From positions 3,992 to 67,991 of the forward strand of contig DATKNZ010000220.1 of assembly GCA_035541055.1 (NCBI GenBank): 64,000 nucleotides of DNA. Reading direction: 5' to 3'. The notes beneath the pieces were generated by a model. It did not search any database, was not told the DNA's origin, and saw only the letters and a list, made by a program, of their open reading frames with translations. Positions 40,234-50,140 of the stretch are shown in pieces (position 1 is the first letter of the stretch; the number at the start of each line of letters is the position of its first letter). The position numbers and the translations under genes were made by a program. Source of the stretch: Candidatus Acidiferrum sp. Lineage in GTDB: Bacteria > Verrucomicrobiota > Verrucomicrobiia > Limisphaerales > UBA8199.

Positions 40234-40320
40234 GCCGATGTGGCGGAACTGGCAGACGCGCTAGACTCAAAATCTGGTATCCGTAAGGATGTGTGGGTTC
40301 GACCCCCTCCATCGGCACCA
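40234..40320 (+). tRNA. tRNA-Leu (anticodon CAA), type II with long variable arm, CCA encoded
   Basis: Acceptor GCCGATG/CATCGGC, D arm GCG-GAACTGGCAGA-CGC, anticodon stem CTAGA/TCTGG with loop CTCAAAA, variable arm ATCC-gta-AGGAT, T loop GGTTCGACC. My hand fold leaves one T:T mismatch in the T stem. Confidence 0.85.
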
Positions 40321-40426
40321 TCCAAGATCCAGCCACGAACGATAGCAATGGCTGCCACCGGTTCGCCGCGGGGCGAGCCGCTTGGGAGGCCGAGCGTCGT
40401 CCTGGGCCCTGACTTTCCCGTCTTCT

Positions 40427-41833
40427 TCAGGCGAAGAGGTCGAGGACGGGCTGGCCGACGCCATCCCGGGTGACATAGAAGGGCCGCCTTTCGATTTCAT
40501 AGCTTAGCCGCGGGGAAATGCCGACCGCGCGATAGATCGTGGCGTGCAGGTCTTCGATCACCACGCGCTTTTCAATGGTCTTGCATGGCCGCTCATCGGC
40601 GGTTCTACCATGGACGTAGCCGCGTTTCATCCCGCCGCCGAACAGCAGCACGCTGCCTGCGTCCGTGAAGTGGCGGTGCATCCCGTATTGCTTCATGTCA
40701 TTGATCACCTCCGGGACAACGACTTGGTCCTTTACCTTCTTGTCTGGCTTCCCCTCAACCAGCATGTCGCGGCTGAACTCGCTTGCGAGCACGACTAGGG
40801 TCCGGTTCAGCAGGCCGCGCTCTTCGAGGTCGAGGACGAGCTGGGCAACGGGCGCGTCTATCGTCTTCTTGAGGTCCACCATTCGGGTGTGACCGTTCTC
40901 GTGTGTGTCCCAATACTGGAACGGGATGTACTCGGTGGTCACTTCGATAAACCTTGCTCCGGCTTCGGTCAGGCGCCGAGCCAGCAGGCAGCCTAAGCCG
41001 AACTGCCCGGTGTCGTACCTCTGATAACTGGCGTGAGGTTCGAGCGATAAGTCGAAGGCCTTCGCCGCGGGAGAACTCAGCAGGCGGTGCGCGTTGTCGA
41101 GCGAACGCAGGAGGGATTCTCGCTGGTAATCGCTGCCGTGCCTGCCGACCGGGCTGCTCGCCAGGAGCTTGCGGTAGAAGGTCTCGCGCCGCTCGAAGCG
41201 CGCGGGACTCATGCCTGCCGGTGGCCGGACACTCTTGAGCGCAGTCTCGGGATTCGCGATGAGGAACGGCCCGTACTCGCTGCCGAGAAAACCCGCGGTA
41301 TGGAACGCCTTTAACTCCTCGCCCTCGCCAAGGTCGAATCGTTGCCCGATATCTATGAAAGCCGGCATGGCGGCGTCCCGCGGCCCCAGCGTCCGGGCGA
41401 TAACCGCACCGATGTGGGGCGCAGCGACGGTTTGCGGCGGTGCGTAACCCGTGTGCCACTGGTATTGGTGGCGTGAATGCAGGATGAAACCCAGGTCCCC
41501 CGCCGTACACGAACGGATCAGCGTGGCGCGGTCCATCACCCCCGCAACGCTTTCCAGCCCTGCGGTTAGCTTGATGTTGTCCACCGCCGTATCAATCTGC
41601 GGGAACGTGCTCAACACCTGTTCCGGCTTCAAACCAGGTGCGAATGCGGTATAACGCTTCGGGTCAAAAGTGTCTGTGCTGGCCATCCCGCCCGCCATCC
41701 AGAGAAGGATGACCGTGTCGGCCGTTGGCTTGATCTTCTCTTCCGGCTCCGCGCAAAGCTGGCGCGGGAGTCCCGCAGCCAGGGCGGAGAGAGTGGCGGC
41801 GCCGGCGGTCTTGATGAAATCACGGCGTGTCAT
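40427..41833 (-). CDS. DUF1501 (sulfatase-like) protein with Tat signal
   Basis: MTRRDFIKTAGAATLSALAA, WDTHENGH motif, and pairing with a PSCyt/DUF1553 gene upstream. Confidence 0.8.
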   Translation of the reverse strand: MTRRDFIKTAGAATLSALAAGLPRQLCAEPEEKIKPTADTVILLWMAGGMASTDTFDPKRYTAFAPGLKPEQVLSTFPQIDTAVDNIKLTAGLESVAGVMDRATLIRSCTAGDLGFILHSRHQYQWHTGYAPPQTVAAPHIGAVIARTLGPRDAAMPAFIDIGQRFDLGEGEELKAFHTAGFLGSEYGPFLIANPETALKSVRPPAGMSPARFERRETFYRKLLASSPVGRHGSDYQRESLLRSLDNAHRLLSSPAAKAFDLSLEPHASYQRYDTGQFGLGCLLARRLTEAGARFIEVTTEYIPFQYWDTHENGHTRMVDLKKTIDAPVAQLVLDLEERGLLNRTLVVLASEFSRDMLVEGKPDKKVKDQVVVPEVINDMKQYGMHRHFTDAGSVLLFGGGMKRGYVHGRTADERPCKTIEKRVVIEDLHATIYRAVGISPRLSYEIERRPFYVTRDGVGQPVLDLFA

Positions 41834-41949
41834 GGCTCGTTGATGGTAGCAGCCCACATGAGGCCCCCATCGGGTTCGGGCATTGGCTTTTCCATCTTCG
41901 ATCAGAGTCTTCCTGTGTCGGCTTGGACAGGGTTTGGGCGCACGCGGCG

Positions 41950-44499
41950 TCAGTAAATGAGCTGGAACTCGGGCAGCATTACCACTGTCCAGAGCAGGTC
42001 TTCGACCCCTGCTGGTTGAGGGGGATGACCTGCCAGATCCCGCGCGAGCCTCGATTCGGGGCGGGTGGGTTTGCGACCCAGCGCCTTCTCGTACAGGACG
42101 GAGACCAAATCAACATTAGCGGAGCCGCCACCAAGGAGGTTTTCAGCTCCGCGCCTCAATACGTCTGTCAGCGTCTCGCCGTTGGTCAGCTCAAGCGCTT
42201 GCAGGGTCGTGGCTGTGGTTGACCTGGTCGTGACGACTTGTTCGCGGTTGGGCCGGGCCAACGAAGCCTGGAGCGGGTCGGCTGCGACCAGGGCCGCGCG
42301 GACGCTGCCGGGGTAGGCGGCGGCGAGCTTGTCCCCAAGATAAGTTTTGGACACTCGCCATGGGATCATCTCTATGTCACCCAGCACCACGGCTGCCGTC
42401 CAGTTAGAGCGAACGAAAGTATCGGATTCCCAGTCCGCCTTTGCGCCCGAGCAGATCCAGGCGCTGTCCGAGACGAAGTCGTATTGGGAACCGCTATTCG
42501 GGCCGCGCAGGCGCGCATAGAAGAGGAGCCCGGCTGGATTATAGGTGTCCGCTGGCGGTTCGCCAGCGTCGGGCACGCGGTCGTCAGGCAAGTGGTTGAT
42601 GGCATCCACGGCGAACAGGTTGTCCCCAGGTTTGAGGAAAGGCCGCAAGTCGAATAGAAACGCCTCTTTCCAACTGGCCCCCGAACCTACCTTTGCGCCG
42701 TTCAGGTACAGCGTGAAGCTGTTGTCGCACATGACCACCGCCGCGGCATCGGTAGGGACCTTGGCGAGGCGGATCGTCCGGCGGAAATAGACGTGGCCTG
42801 GCCTGGCCTTCTCAGCGGCATTCGCGTCATTCCAAATCCATTTGACTGCCACTGCGGGATCGAACCTCTTCCTCGCAGACGGGCTCGTCGGGACGTCGGC
42901 GGCCGCCGCGGAATAACCGATCCCTGTCAGCGAGGTCAGCGCGTCGCGGAATTGCTCCGCCGACAGCCGCCGCACCACTGGGCCGCGGAAGACATAATCC
43001 TGCTGGTGCTGCTCATCAAGGTTGACCGCCGGAAGTTGATAGGCGCGCGAGGTCAATATCTGCCGCACCAGGTGCTTCACGTCGTAATCGTGTCCTGCGA
43101 AGTCCTCGGCGAGCCAGTCCAACAGGTCGCGATTCCAGGCCGGTTTTTCCATGTCGTCTACCGGCTCAACGAGTCCGCGGCCCATAAAGCGCTGCCAGAG
43201 GCGGTTGATCAGCGTGCGCGTGAGCCGCGCGTCCTGGCGCTGGGTGATAATCTCCGCCAGCCGTTTCAGGCGGGCAGCCTTATCGGCGTGCGGGTCAATC
43301 GCGCCCAGCTCAGAGTAGAGGAACTTCAGCACGGCCTGCTTGCCGGTGGGTTTGTCGCAACGGACCATTTCGAGCGGGCCGTCGGCATAGATGCCCGCCA
43401 GCCCATAGGCGTCGGCCAGGGTGAGATCATTGATGAAACTGTCATGGCAGGAAGCGCACTTGAGGTTCACCCCCATGAACACCTGGCAGATGTTCTGGGC
43501 CGTCTGCATCTGGGGCGTTTGGCTGGCATTGACGACACCGCGCCAGACGATCCCCCGGCTAAAGCCCTCCGAGTCAGGCGTCGGGTTTACCAACTCCGCC
43601 ACGAACTGGTTGTAAGGCATGTTCGTGAGCAGGGCCGAATAGAGCCAGTGCGTGATCTGCTTCCGTCCCCCATCGATGTAGCCCGTGCCCTTATAGTCGT
43701 TGCGCAGCAGGTCATTCCAGAAGCTGAGCCAATGCACGGCGTAGTTTTGATTGTCGGATAGCAGCCGCTGCACCAGCCGGTCTCTCTTGCCGGCGTGCCC
43801 GTCGCGGACGAATGTCTTCAGGTCAGGAGGCGGAGGAAGCAAGCCGATCACATCGAGGTATACCCGCCGCGCATACAGGCGGTCGTTCACGGGGACCGGC
43901 GGTTTGATCTCATGCGCCGCAAAATAAGCATCCAGGAAACGGTCTATCGGATTCGCGGCCCCGGTCCCGGCGGGCATCGGCGGCAGGCGCGGCAGGAGGT
44001 TCGCCGGCTGCGCCCGGCCAAACGTGATGCCTGCGTCCCACTGCGCACCCTGGTCTATCCACGCGCGAAGCAGACCGATCTGCTCCGCCGTTAGACGCGA
44101 CCCCTTTCTCGGCATAACGTTGTCTGGGTCAACGCCCTGAACCAGGGCGATCAGCAGGCTCTCAGCGCTCTTGCCCGGCACGAGCGCAGCCCCGCTGTCG
44201 CCCCCTTGAAGCATTGTTTCCCGTGTATCCAGGCGAAAGCCGCCCTTGTCCCTTCCGCGTCCGTGACACGTGATGCAGCTCGACTCGAAGATCGGCTTAA
44301 CCTCCTTCGAGAAGCTGACGGTGTGACTGGCCGGGGGCGGCAACTCCTTAACTTGCTCGGGCGTGATCGGGCTTTGGGCAGCACTGCAGAAGGGGCTGCA
44401 GAGGACGAGGGCCACACAAGCCACACGTCGAGAGCCACCGGCAGCGAAGAACAGGCCGCGCAGGCTCAAGCGAGAAACGCCGTGGCGCGGCTCTGCCAT
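41950..44499 (-). CDS. PSCyt1/DUF1549/DUF1553 family protein
   Basis: CITCHGRGRDKGGFRLD (planctomycete cytochrome-C-like), LKCASCHDSF (DUF1549-like), 849 aa. Typical partner of DUF1501. Confidence 0.8.
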   Translation of the reverse strand: MAEPRHGVSRLSLRGLFFAAGGSRRVACVALVLCSPFCSAAQSPITPEQVKELPPPASHTVSFSKEVKPIFESSCITCHGRGRDKGGFRLDTRETMLQGGDSGAALVPGKSAESLLIALVQGVDPDNVMPRKGSRLTAEQIGLLRAWIDQGAQWDAGITFGRAQPANLLPRLPPMPAGTGAANPIDRFLDAYFAAHEIKPPVPVNDRLYARRVYLDVIGLLPPPPDLKTFVRDGHAGKRDRLVQRLLSDNQNYAVHWLSFWNDLLRNDYKGTGYIDGGRKQITHWLYSALLTNMPYNQFVAELVNPTPDSEGFSRGIVWRGVVNASQTPQMQTAQNICQVFMGVNLKCASCHDSFINDLTLADAYGLAGIYADGPLEMVRCDKPTGKQAVLKFLYSELGAIDPHADKAARLKRLAEIITQRQDARLTRTLINRLWQRFMGRGLVEPVDDMEKPAWNRDLLDWLAEDFAGHDYDVKHLVRQILTSRAYQLPAVNLDEQHQQDYVFRGPVVRRLSAEQFRDALTSLTGIGYSAAAADVPTSPSARKRFDPAVAVKWIWNDANAAEKARPGHVYFRRTIRLAKVPTDAAAVVMCDNSFTLYLNGAKVGSGASWKEAFLFDLRPFLKPGDNLFAVDAINHLPDDRVPDAGEPPADTYNPAGLLFYARLRGPNSGSQYDFVSDSAWICSGAKADWESDTFVRSNWTAAVVLGDIEMIPWRVSKTYLGDKLAAAYPGSVRAALVAADPLQASLARPNREQVVTTRSTTATTLQALELTNGETLTDVLRRGAENLLGGGSANVDLVSVLYEKALGRKPTRPESRLARDLAGHPPQPAGVEDLLWTVVMLPEFQLIY

Positions 44500-44503
44500 A
44501 GGC

Positions 44504-45550
44504 TCAGGCCAGCCGGCGCAGCTTGGTCACGCGGCCAACTTCGACCCATTCGACTACAAAGATGTTGCCATCATGATCGTAGTAAGCGCTATGTGGAGCG
44601 ACGAACTTGCCCGGCGTGAACGCCGAGCGCGGCTTGGTGCGCAGATCCCGGTAATGCCCACCGTCGCCCAGGTGCACGATGAGCTTGTTATTCCGGTCCA
44701 GGATGGTGACGCGCGATTCTAGGTCCGGCACGACCAGGTCGCCGTCCTTTTGGTGGAAGTGGCACGGGGCACGCATCTCATTGGTCACAAAGCAAATGTG
44801 CCTCCCATCCAGCGTGAAGTACTGGAGCCGCCGATTGCTGCGGTCCGCCACCACCAGCACGGGCGCAGAGCCGCGGGTGTCCACCATCAGCCCATGCGAA
44901 CACCGGGTCTGGCCCCGTTCGTTGCCGGGACCGCCAAACGAACGGATGTACTTGGCCTCCGAGTCGTATTGATGGAGCCAGCTCTTGCCGTAGCCATCGG
45001 CGATATAGAAGTCACCGTTCGGGGCGGTGGCGACATTCGTGGGATGGTACTCCTCGGCGCTGTTGTAAAGGCCCGACTCCAGCGGCACGGTTAGCGTGAA
45101 TAGCTCTTTGCCCTCCAACGTGGTCTTCTTCATGAGATGACGCTGGGGATCGGCCAGGTAGAGGAACTCCTCTTTCCCTTCGCGATTGATGTGGAGCCCG
45201 TGCGCGCCGCCTTTGAACTCGGCGCCCCACGAGCGGACAAAGGCCCCGTTCTCGTCGAAGACGACAATCGCGTCCGCGCATTGGCTGCCGGCGCCGACGG
45301 TGTGCTTGATGTAAATGCGGCCCTGCGCATCCTGGCAAACTCCGTGCGTGTTGCCGTAGATGATATTGGCGGGCAGTTCGCCCCAGTCATGGATGCACTC
45401 GTAGGTGTGGGCGCCAGAACCGATGATGGGATTGCGCGTCCCCGCCTTGTCCTGAGCGCGCAGCAAGGCTGGACTCGAAGCGGCGAGGGCCGCCAGCGCT
45501 GCGGTCTTTAGAAACCCGCGCCGGTTCAGGGCAGGTGAGGAGGCCTTCAT
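44504..45550 (-). CDS. NHL/six-bladed beta-propeller protein with Tat signal
   Basis: MKASSPALNRRGFLKTAALAALAASSPALLRA start at 45550. Repeated xxYIADxxNxRLxxF-type blades. Confidence 0.65.
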   Translation of the reverse strand: MKASSPALNRRGFLKTAALAALAASSPALLRAQDKAGTRNPIIGSGAHTYECIHDWGELPANIIYGNTHGVCQDAQGRIYIKHTVGAGSQCADAIVVFDENGAFVRSWGAEFKGGAHGLHINREGKEEFLYLADPQRHLMKKTTLEGKELFTLTVPLESGLYNSAEEYHPTNVATAPNGDFYIADGYGKSWLHQYDSEAKYIRSFGGPGNERGQTRCSHGLMVDTRGSAPVLVVADRSNRRLQYFTLDGRHICFVTNEMRAPCHFHQKDGDLVVPDLESRVTILDRNNKLIVHLGDGGHYRDLRTKPRSAFTPGKFVAPHSAYYDHDGNIFVVEWVEVGRVTKLRRLA

Positions 45551-45808
45551 GGGAGCGAGGCTGGGGGTGTGCCTCCGCTCGGCGGCATCCGGGCGAAATG
45601 CGCCAGCATTAGTGTTCGGCATATCAACCATTCGCATGAGCTGGCTGCCGGCGCAACCGAACTCCGCCGCTTTCGCCCGGGGCGGGGCAACATCCCCATA
45701 GCGAGTGCCGCAGCGCGGGCCGAGGTTGGAGAGATTGGAGACACGTTGAGAGATGGTCCGGCCAGGAGGGCCGTGCGCCCGTGACGTGTCCCAGCGAAGG
45801 AGCACGGC

Positions 45809-46873
45809 ATGAGTTCACACCGACCGGAAGTGGTTGTCGTCACCGGCGCCTCGGCGGGGGTAGGGCGCGCCACGGTTCGAGCTTTCGCGCGCCGCGGCGC
45901 TCACATTGGCCTGCTGGCGCGGGGCACCAAAGGGCTCGAAGGCGCCCGGGCCGACGCCGAGCGATTGGGGGGAAAGGGCCTGGTGTTGCCGACCGATGTG
46001 GCCCAGGCGGATCAGATCGAAGCCGCCGCGCAGAAGGTGGAGGAGACCTTCGGCCCGATTGATGTCTGGGTCAACGATGCCATGACCTCGGTCTTCTCGC
46101 CGTTAAAGGAAATGACGCCGGACGAGTTCCACCGAGTCACGGAGGTCACTTACCTGGGAGCGGTCTATGGCACCATGGCCGCGCTCAAACGAATGCTGCC
46201 TCGGGACCACGGCACCATTGTCCAAGTGGGCTCCGCGCTGGTTTACCGCAGCATCCCTTTGCAGTCGGCCTACTGCGGCGCCAAGGCCGCCATCCGAGGC
46301 TTTACCGATTCGTTGCGCTCCGAGCTGATTCACGACGGGAGCAAGGTGCATGTCACCATAGTGGACCTGCCGGCTGTCAATACGCCGCAATTCAATTGGG
46401 TGAAGAGCCGGCTGCCGCAGAAGGCCCAGCCCGTTCCACCGATCTACCAGCCCGAGGTGCCTGCCGAGGCCATCTACTGGGCAGCACATCACCGTCGGCG
46501 CGAGCTGTACGTGGGGTTCTCAACAGTCAAAGCGGTGGAGGGGAACAAAGTGATCCACGGGCTCCTGGACCGTTACCTGGCTCGAAAGGCCTATTCGGGC
46601 CAGCAGACGGGTGAACCCCAGGAGCCGGGCCGGCCCGACAATCTCTGGAAGCCGTTGGACGGCGAGGACGGTGAGGACCACGGAGCGCACGGTTCCTTTG
46701 ACTCGCGCTCGCGCTCATTCAGCCCCGAGGTTTGGGCGTCCAAGCACCGGGAGTGGCTGGGGATATTGGCGGCGGGCGTGGCCGGCGTGGGCCTGGGATT
46801 CGCGATCAGCAAGGGCAAGGGAAGGCGAGCGTCCCCACGAGCCCAAATATGCTTGAGCAAAGGAGAAAGTTAG
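45809..46873 (+). CDS. Short-chain dehydrogenase/reductase (SDR) with C-terminal TM tail
   Basis: VVVVTGASAGVGRA (TGxxxGxG) and YCGAKAAIRGF (YxxxK). The last ~18 codons are encoded by the left arm and loop of a REP-like element. Confidence 0.8.
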   Translation: MSSHRPEVVVVTGASAGVGRATVRAFARRGAHIGLLARGTKGLEGARADAERLGGKGLVLPTDVAQADQIEAAAQKVEETFGPIDVWVNDAMTSVFSPLKEMTPDEFHRVTEVTYLGAVYGTMAALKRMLPRDHGTIVQVGSALVYRSIPLQSAYCGAKAAIRGFTDSLRSELIHDGSKVHVTIVDLPAVNTPQFNWVKSRLPQKAQPVPPIYQPEVPAEAIYWAAHHRRRELYVGFSTVKAVEGNKVIHGLLDRYLARKAYSGQQTGEPQEPGRPDNLWKPLDGEDGEDHGAHGSFDSRSRSFSPEVWASKHREWLGILAAGVAGVGLGFAISKGKGRRASPRAQICLSKGES

Positions 46874-46898
46874 GGCTCGCGGGGACGCTCGCCCTCCC
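46819..46898. repeat. REP-like inverted pair: 26-nt arms, 28-nt loop
   Basis: GGGAAGGCGAGCGTCCCCACGAGCCC (46819-46844), 28 nt, GGGCTCGCGGGGACGCTCGCCCTCCC (46873-46898). The SDR stop TAG (46871-46873) overlaps the first G of the right arm. Confidence 0.9.
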
Positions 46899-46917
46899 GA
46901 GAGAAAGTGAACGCATC

Positions 46918-49900
46918 ATGTTAGCAGAAACGATGGTCAAGGAGCAGCGCCGAGTCAGCACGGCGAAGCCGGAACAGAAACCGGACATCAATGTCACGTG
47001 CCTTCAAGGGGTGCTGAAACGCAAGCTCAAGGGCGAGGTGCGCTTCGATGTGGGCAGCCGCGCCCTTTACGCCACCGACGGCTCAAATTACCGGCAGGTG
47101 CCCATCGGCGTCGTGGTCCCCCGCGATGCGGAAGATGTGCAGGAAACAATGGCGGCGTGCCACAAGTTCGACTCCCCCGTGCTATGCCGCGGCGGCGGCA
47201 CGAGCCTGGCGGGCCAGTGCTGCAACGTCGCCGTCGTCATGGATTTCACCAAATACATGAACCGCGTGCTGGAGATTGATCCTCAAAGGAGATTGGCGCG
47301 GGTGCAGCCCGGCTGCGTGCTGGACGACTTGCGCAACCAGGCCGAGAGAAAGCACGGCCTCACCTTCGGCCCGGACCCGGCGACGCACTCGCATTGTGCC
47401 ATCGGCGGCATGCTGGGCAACAATTCCTGCGGAATCCACTCACTGCTTTCGGGCAAGCATGGCCTTGGCTTGCGCACTTCCGACAATACGCACGCGTTGG
47501 AGATCCTCACCTACGACGGCGACCGTATGCACGTTGGCGAGACTCCACCCGCGGATCTTGAGCGCCTCATCCAGAGCCGCAGCGCCCAGGGCAGGATCTA
47601 CGCCAAGCTCCGCGACCTGCGCGACACGTACGCCGAGCAACTGCGTGGTCATTTCCCGAAGCTCCCGCGCCGCGTTTCTGGCTACAACGTGGACGAGCTG
47701 CTGCCCGAGCATAACTTCAACGTCGCGCGCTCGCTGGTCGGTTCCGAGGGCACGCTCGTCGCCATACTGGAGGCGACTCTCTGCCTGGTGCCCAAGCCCA
47801 AGGCCAACTCGCTGCTGGTGCTGGGCTACCCGGACGTCTATTCCGCCGCGGACCACCTGATGGAGATTCTGGAGTTCCAACCCATCGGTCTGGAGGGCAT
47901 AGACCACCTGCTCATCGAATGGATGATCAAGAAGAACGTGCGGACCGGTAACCTGAAGCTGCTGCCCGAAGGCAAGGGTTATCTCTTCGTGCAGTTCGGC
48001 GGCGATTCCAAAGCGGACTCCGATGCCCAGGCCCGCAGTTGCATGGAACGGCTGAAATCTGTGCAAAGGCCGCCCGGCATGAGGCTTTACGACGAGCCCG
48101 AGGAGGAGGAAAAACTCTGGAAGGTGCGTGAAAGCGGCCTTAGCTCCACAGCATGGGTCCCGCGCGAGCCGGACAACTGGCCTGGCTTCGAGGATTCAGC
48201 CGTGCCGGTGCCCAACGTCGGCCCTTATTTGCGCGACCTCCGGAAGCTGATGGACAAATACCAATACAAAACGTCCCTCTATGGCCACCTCGGCCAGGGC
48301 TGCATTCACTGCCGCATCCCGTTTGACCTTTACACCGCCGAGGGAGTGAGCGCCTGGAAGAGTTTCATGGAGGAGGCTTCTGACCTCGTCGTCCATTACG
48401 GCGGATCTATCTCCGGAGAGCACGGCGATGGGCAGGCGCGCGCCCCCTACATTCACAAGATGTTCGGCCCCGAACTCATGCAAGCCTTCCGCGAGTTCAA
48501 GCGCATCTGGGACCCGCACTGGAAGATGAACCCGGGCAAGGCGATAGACGCCTACCCGGTGGACGCGAACCTGCGCATTGGCGCCGATTACAACCCGCCG
48601 AATCCCAGGACCCATTTCGCCTACGCATCGGACCACGGCACGTTCGCCCGGGCGGCCCTGCGCTGCGTGGGAGTAGGCGATTGCCGCAGGAAAGGCGGCC
48701 AGACCATGTGCCCGAGCTACCAGGTGACGCTCGAGGAGGAGCATTGCACGCGCGGCCGCGCCCGGCTGCTGTGGGAAATGATGAACGGCCGGGAGATCAA
48801 GGACGGCTGGAAGAGCGAAGCGGTGAAGCACTCGCTCGATCTCTGCCTTTCCTGCAAGGGCTGCAAGAGCGATTGCCCGGTCAACGTCGACATGGCCACC
48901 TACAAAGCGGAGTTCCTCTCGCACTACTATGAAGGCCGGCTGCGCCCACGGCACGCCTATGCCTTCGGGCTGATTCATACCTGGTCGCGCCTGGCCAGCG
49001 TGGCGCCGACCCTTGTCAACTTCGTCACCCAGACGCCGCTCCTGCGCACGGTGGCCAAATGGGGCGCCGGCATGGCGCCGTATCGGCGGGTGCCGCGCTT
49101 CGCCCCGCAGACGTTCAAGGAGTGGTTCCAGGCACGGCCCCCGCACAACCAGGGGGCGCCGCCGGTCCTGTTGTTCGCCGACACCTTCAACAACTACTTC
49201 CACACCGACGTCGCGAGGGCCGCGGTCGAAGTCCTCGAGCACGCCGGGTTCCGGGTCGTGGTGCCGAGACAGGACATGTGTTGCGGTCGGCCACTGTATG
49301 ACTACGGCATGCTGACGAAGGCCAAGTCCTGGCTGGCGGACATCCTGTGCAAGCTGCGCCCGGCGATCCAGGCCGGAACGCCCATGGTCGTGCTCGAGCC
49401 CAGTTGCTGCGCCGTGTTCCGGGATGAGCTGACGAACCTGTATCCGAACAACCTGGATGCGAAACGGCTCAGCGAGCGGACCTACACCTTCTCCGAGTTC
49501 CTGCGCCGCTGCGCGCCGGATTATTCGGTGCCGCGATTGCGCCGCCGCGCCCTCGTTCACGGCCACTGCCACCACAAGGCCGTGATGGGCTTTCAGGCCG
49601 AGCAGGAATTGCTCAAGGCGATCGGCCTCGATTTCCAAATGCCCGATTCGGGTTGCTGCGGCATGGCGGGCTCCTTTGGATTCGAGAACGGCCCCCAATA
49701 CGATGTCTCGGTGAAATGCGGCGAGCGCGTGCTGCTGCCCGAGGTGCGCAAGGCCTCCGAGGAGGACCTGATCATCGCCGACGGCTTTAGCTGCAAGACG
49801 CAGATAGAGCAGCGGACCGACCGCCGGGCCCTGCACGTAGCCCAGGTCCTGCAAATGGCCTTGAGGGAGGGCGAATGGGGTCCGCAGGGAGGACGTCCCG

Positions 49901-50022
49901 AAGCCCGGTTCGAGCGCGAGCGCGGAGCGGAGTTCCGCGCGGCCAACATCCGGACCGCGGCGATGGTGGGTGGCGTCGCTGCCGCCGGCCTGCTGGCTTG
50001 GGCGCTGCTGCGCAGGCGCTGA
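46918..50022 (+). CDS. FAD-linked oxidase fused to Fe-S / CCG-domain protein
   Basis: FAD-binding PCMH-type N-terminus (PIGVVVPRDAEDVQETMAACHKFDSPVLCRGGGTSLAGQ), CLSCKGCKSDCP 4Fe-4S motif, cysteine-rich C-terminal repeats. Start at ATG 46918 (MLAETMVKE). Confidence 0.8.
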   Translation: MLAETMVKEQRRVSTAKPEQKPDINVTCLQGVLKRKLKGEVRFDVGSRALYATDGSNYRQVPIGVVVPRDAEDVQETMAACHKFDSPVLCRGGGTSLAGQCCNVAVVMDFTKYMNRVLEIDPQRRLARVQPGCVLDDLRNQAERKHGLTFGPDPATHSHCAIGGMLGNNSCGIHSLLSGKHGLGLRTSDNTHALEILTYDGDRMHVGETPPADLERLIQSRSAQGRIYAKLRDLRDTYAEQLRGHFPKLPRRVSGYNVDELLPEHNFNVARSLVGSEGTLVAILEATLCLVPKPKANSLLVLGYPDVYSAADHLMEILEFQPIGLEGIDHLLIEWMIKKNVRTGNLKLLPEGKGYLFVQFGGDSKADSDAQARSCMERLKSVQRPPGMRLYDEPEEEEKLWKVRESGLSSTAWVPREPDNWPGFEDSAVPVPNVGPYLRDLRKLMDKYQYKTSLYGHLGQGCIHCRIPFDLYTAEGVSAWKSFMEEASDLVVHYGGSISGEHGDGQARAPYIHKMFGPELMQAFREFKRIWDPHWKMNPGKAIDAYPVDANLRIGADYNPPNPRTHFAYASDHGTFARAALRCVGVGDCRRKGGQTMCPSYQVTLEEEHCTRGRARLLWEMMNGREIKDGWKSEAVKHSLDLCLSCKGCKSDCPVNVDMATYKAEFLSHYYEGRLRPRHAYAFGLIHTWSRLASVAPTLVNFVTQTPLLRTVAKWGAGMAPYRRVPRFAPQTFKEWFQARPPHNQGAPPVLLFADTFNNYFHTDVARAAVEVLEHAGFRVVVPRQDMCCGRPLYDYGMLTKAKSWLADILCKLRPAIQAGTPMVVLEPSCCAVFRDELTNLYPNNLDAKRLSERTYTFSEFLRRCAPDYSVPRLRRRALVHGHCHHKAVMGFQAEQELLKAIGLDFQMPDSGCCGMAGSFGFENGPQYDVSVKCGERVLLPEVRKASEEDLIIADGFSCKTQIEQRTDRRALHVAQVLQMALREGEWGPQGGRPEARFERERGAEFRAANIRTAAMVGGVAAAGLLAWALLRRR

Positions 50023-50140
50023 TCCGGAGCCCGCCCGTCGGGCGCAGCAACGCAGGAGGGCGACAGCGCTTCGCTTATAGGTGGGCTCTGCGGGTGACGG
50101 ACATCGCTTCGCCCGAGGATGGACGCTCTCCGCCGCCGCC

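Noticed and set aside
40163-40348. N-terminal 62 codons of the integrase ORF as given in the track (38825..40348)
   Set aside because: This part is the antisense translation of the tRNA-Leu gene and the upstream spacer. A GTG at 40162 precedes the conserved integrase N-terminus.
46732-46917. Upstream extension of the FAD oxidase ORF (start at 46732), and similar 5' extensions at 51128, 52690, 44504..45805 and 60742
   Set aside because: The extensions overlap the preceding gene or REP elements and are Gly/Arg-rich. Internal ATGs give sensible N-termini (signal, Tat or TM features).
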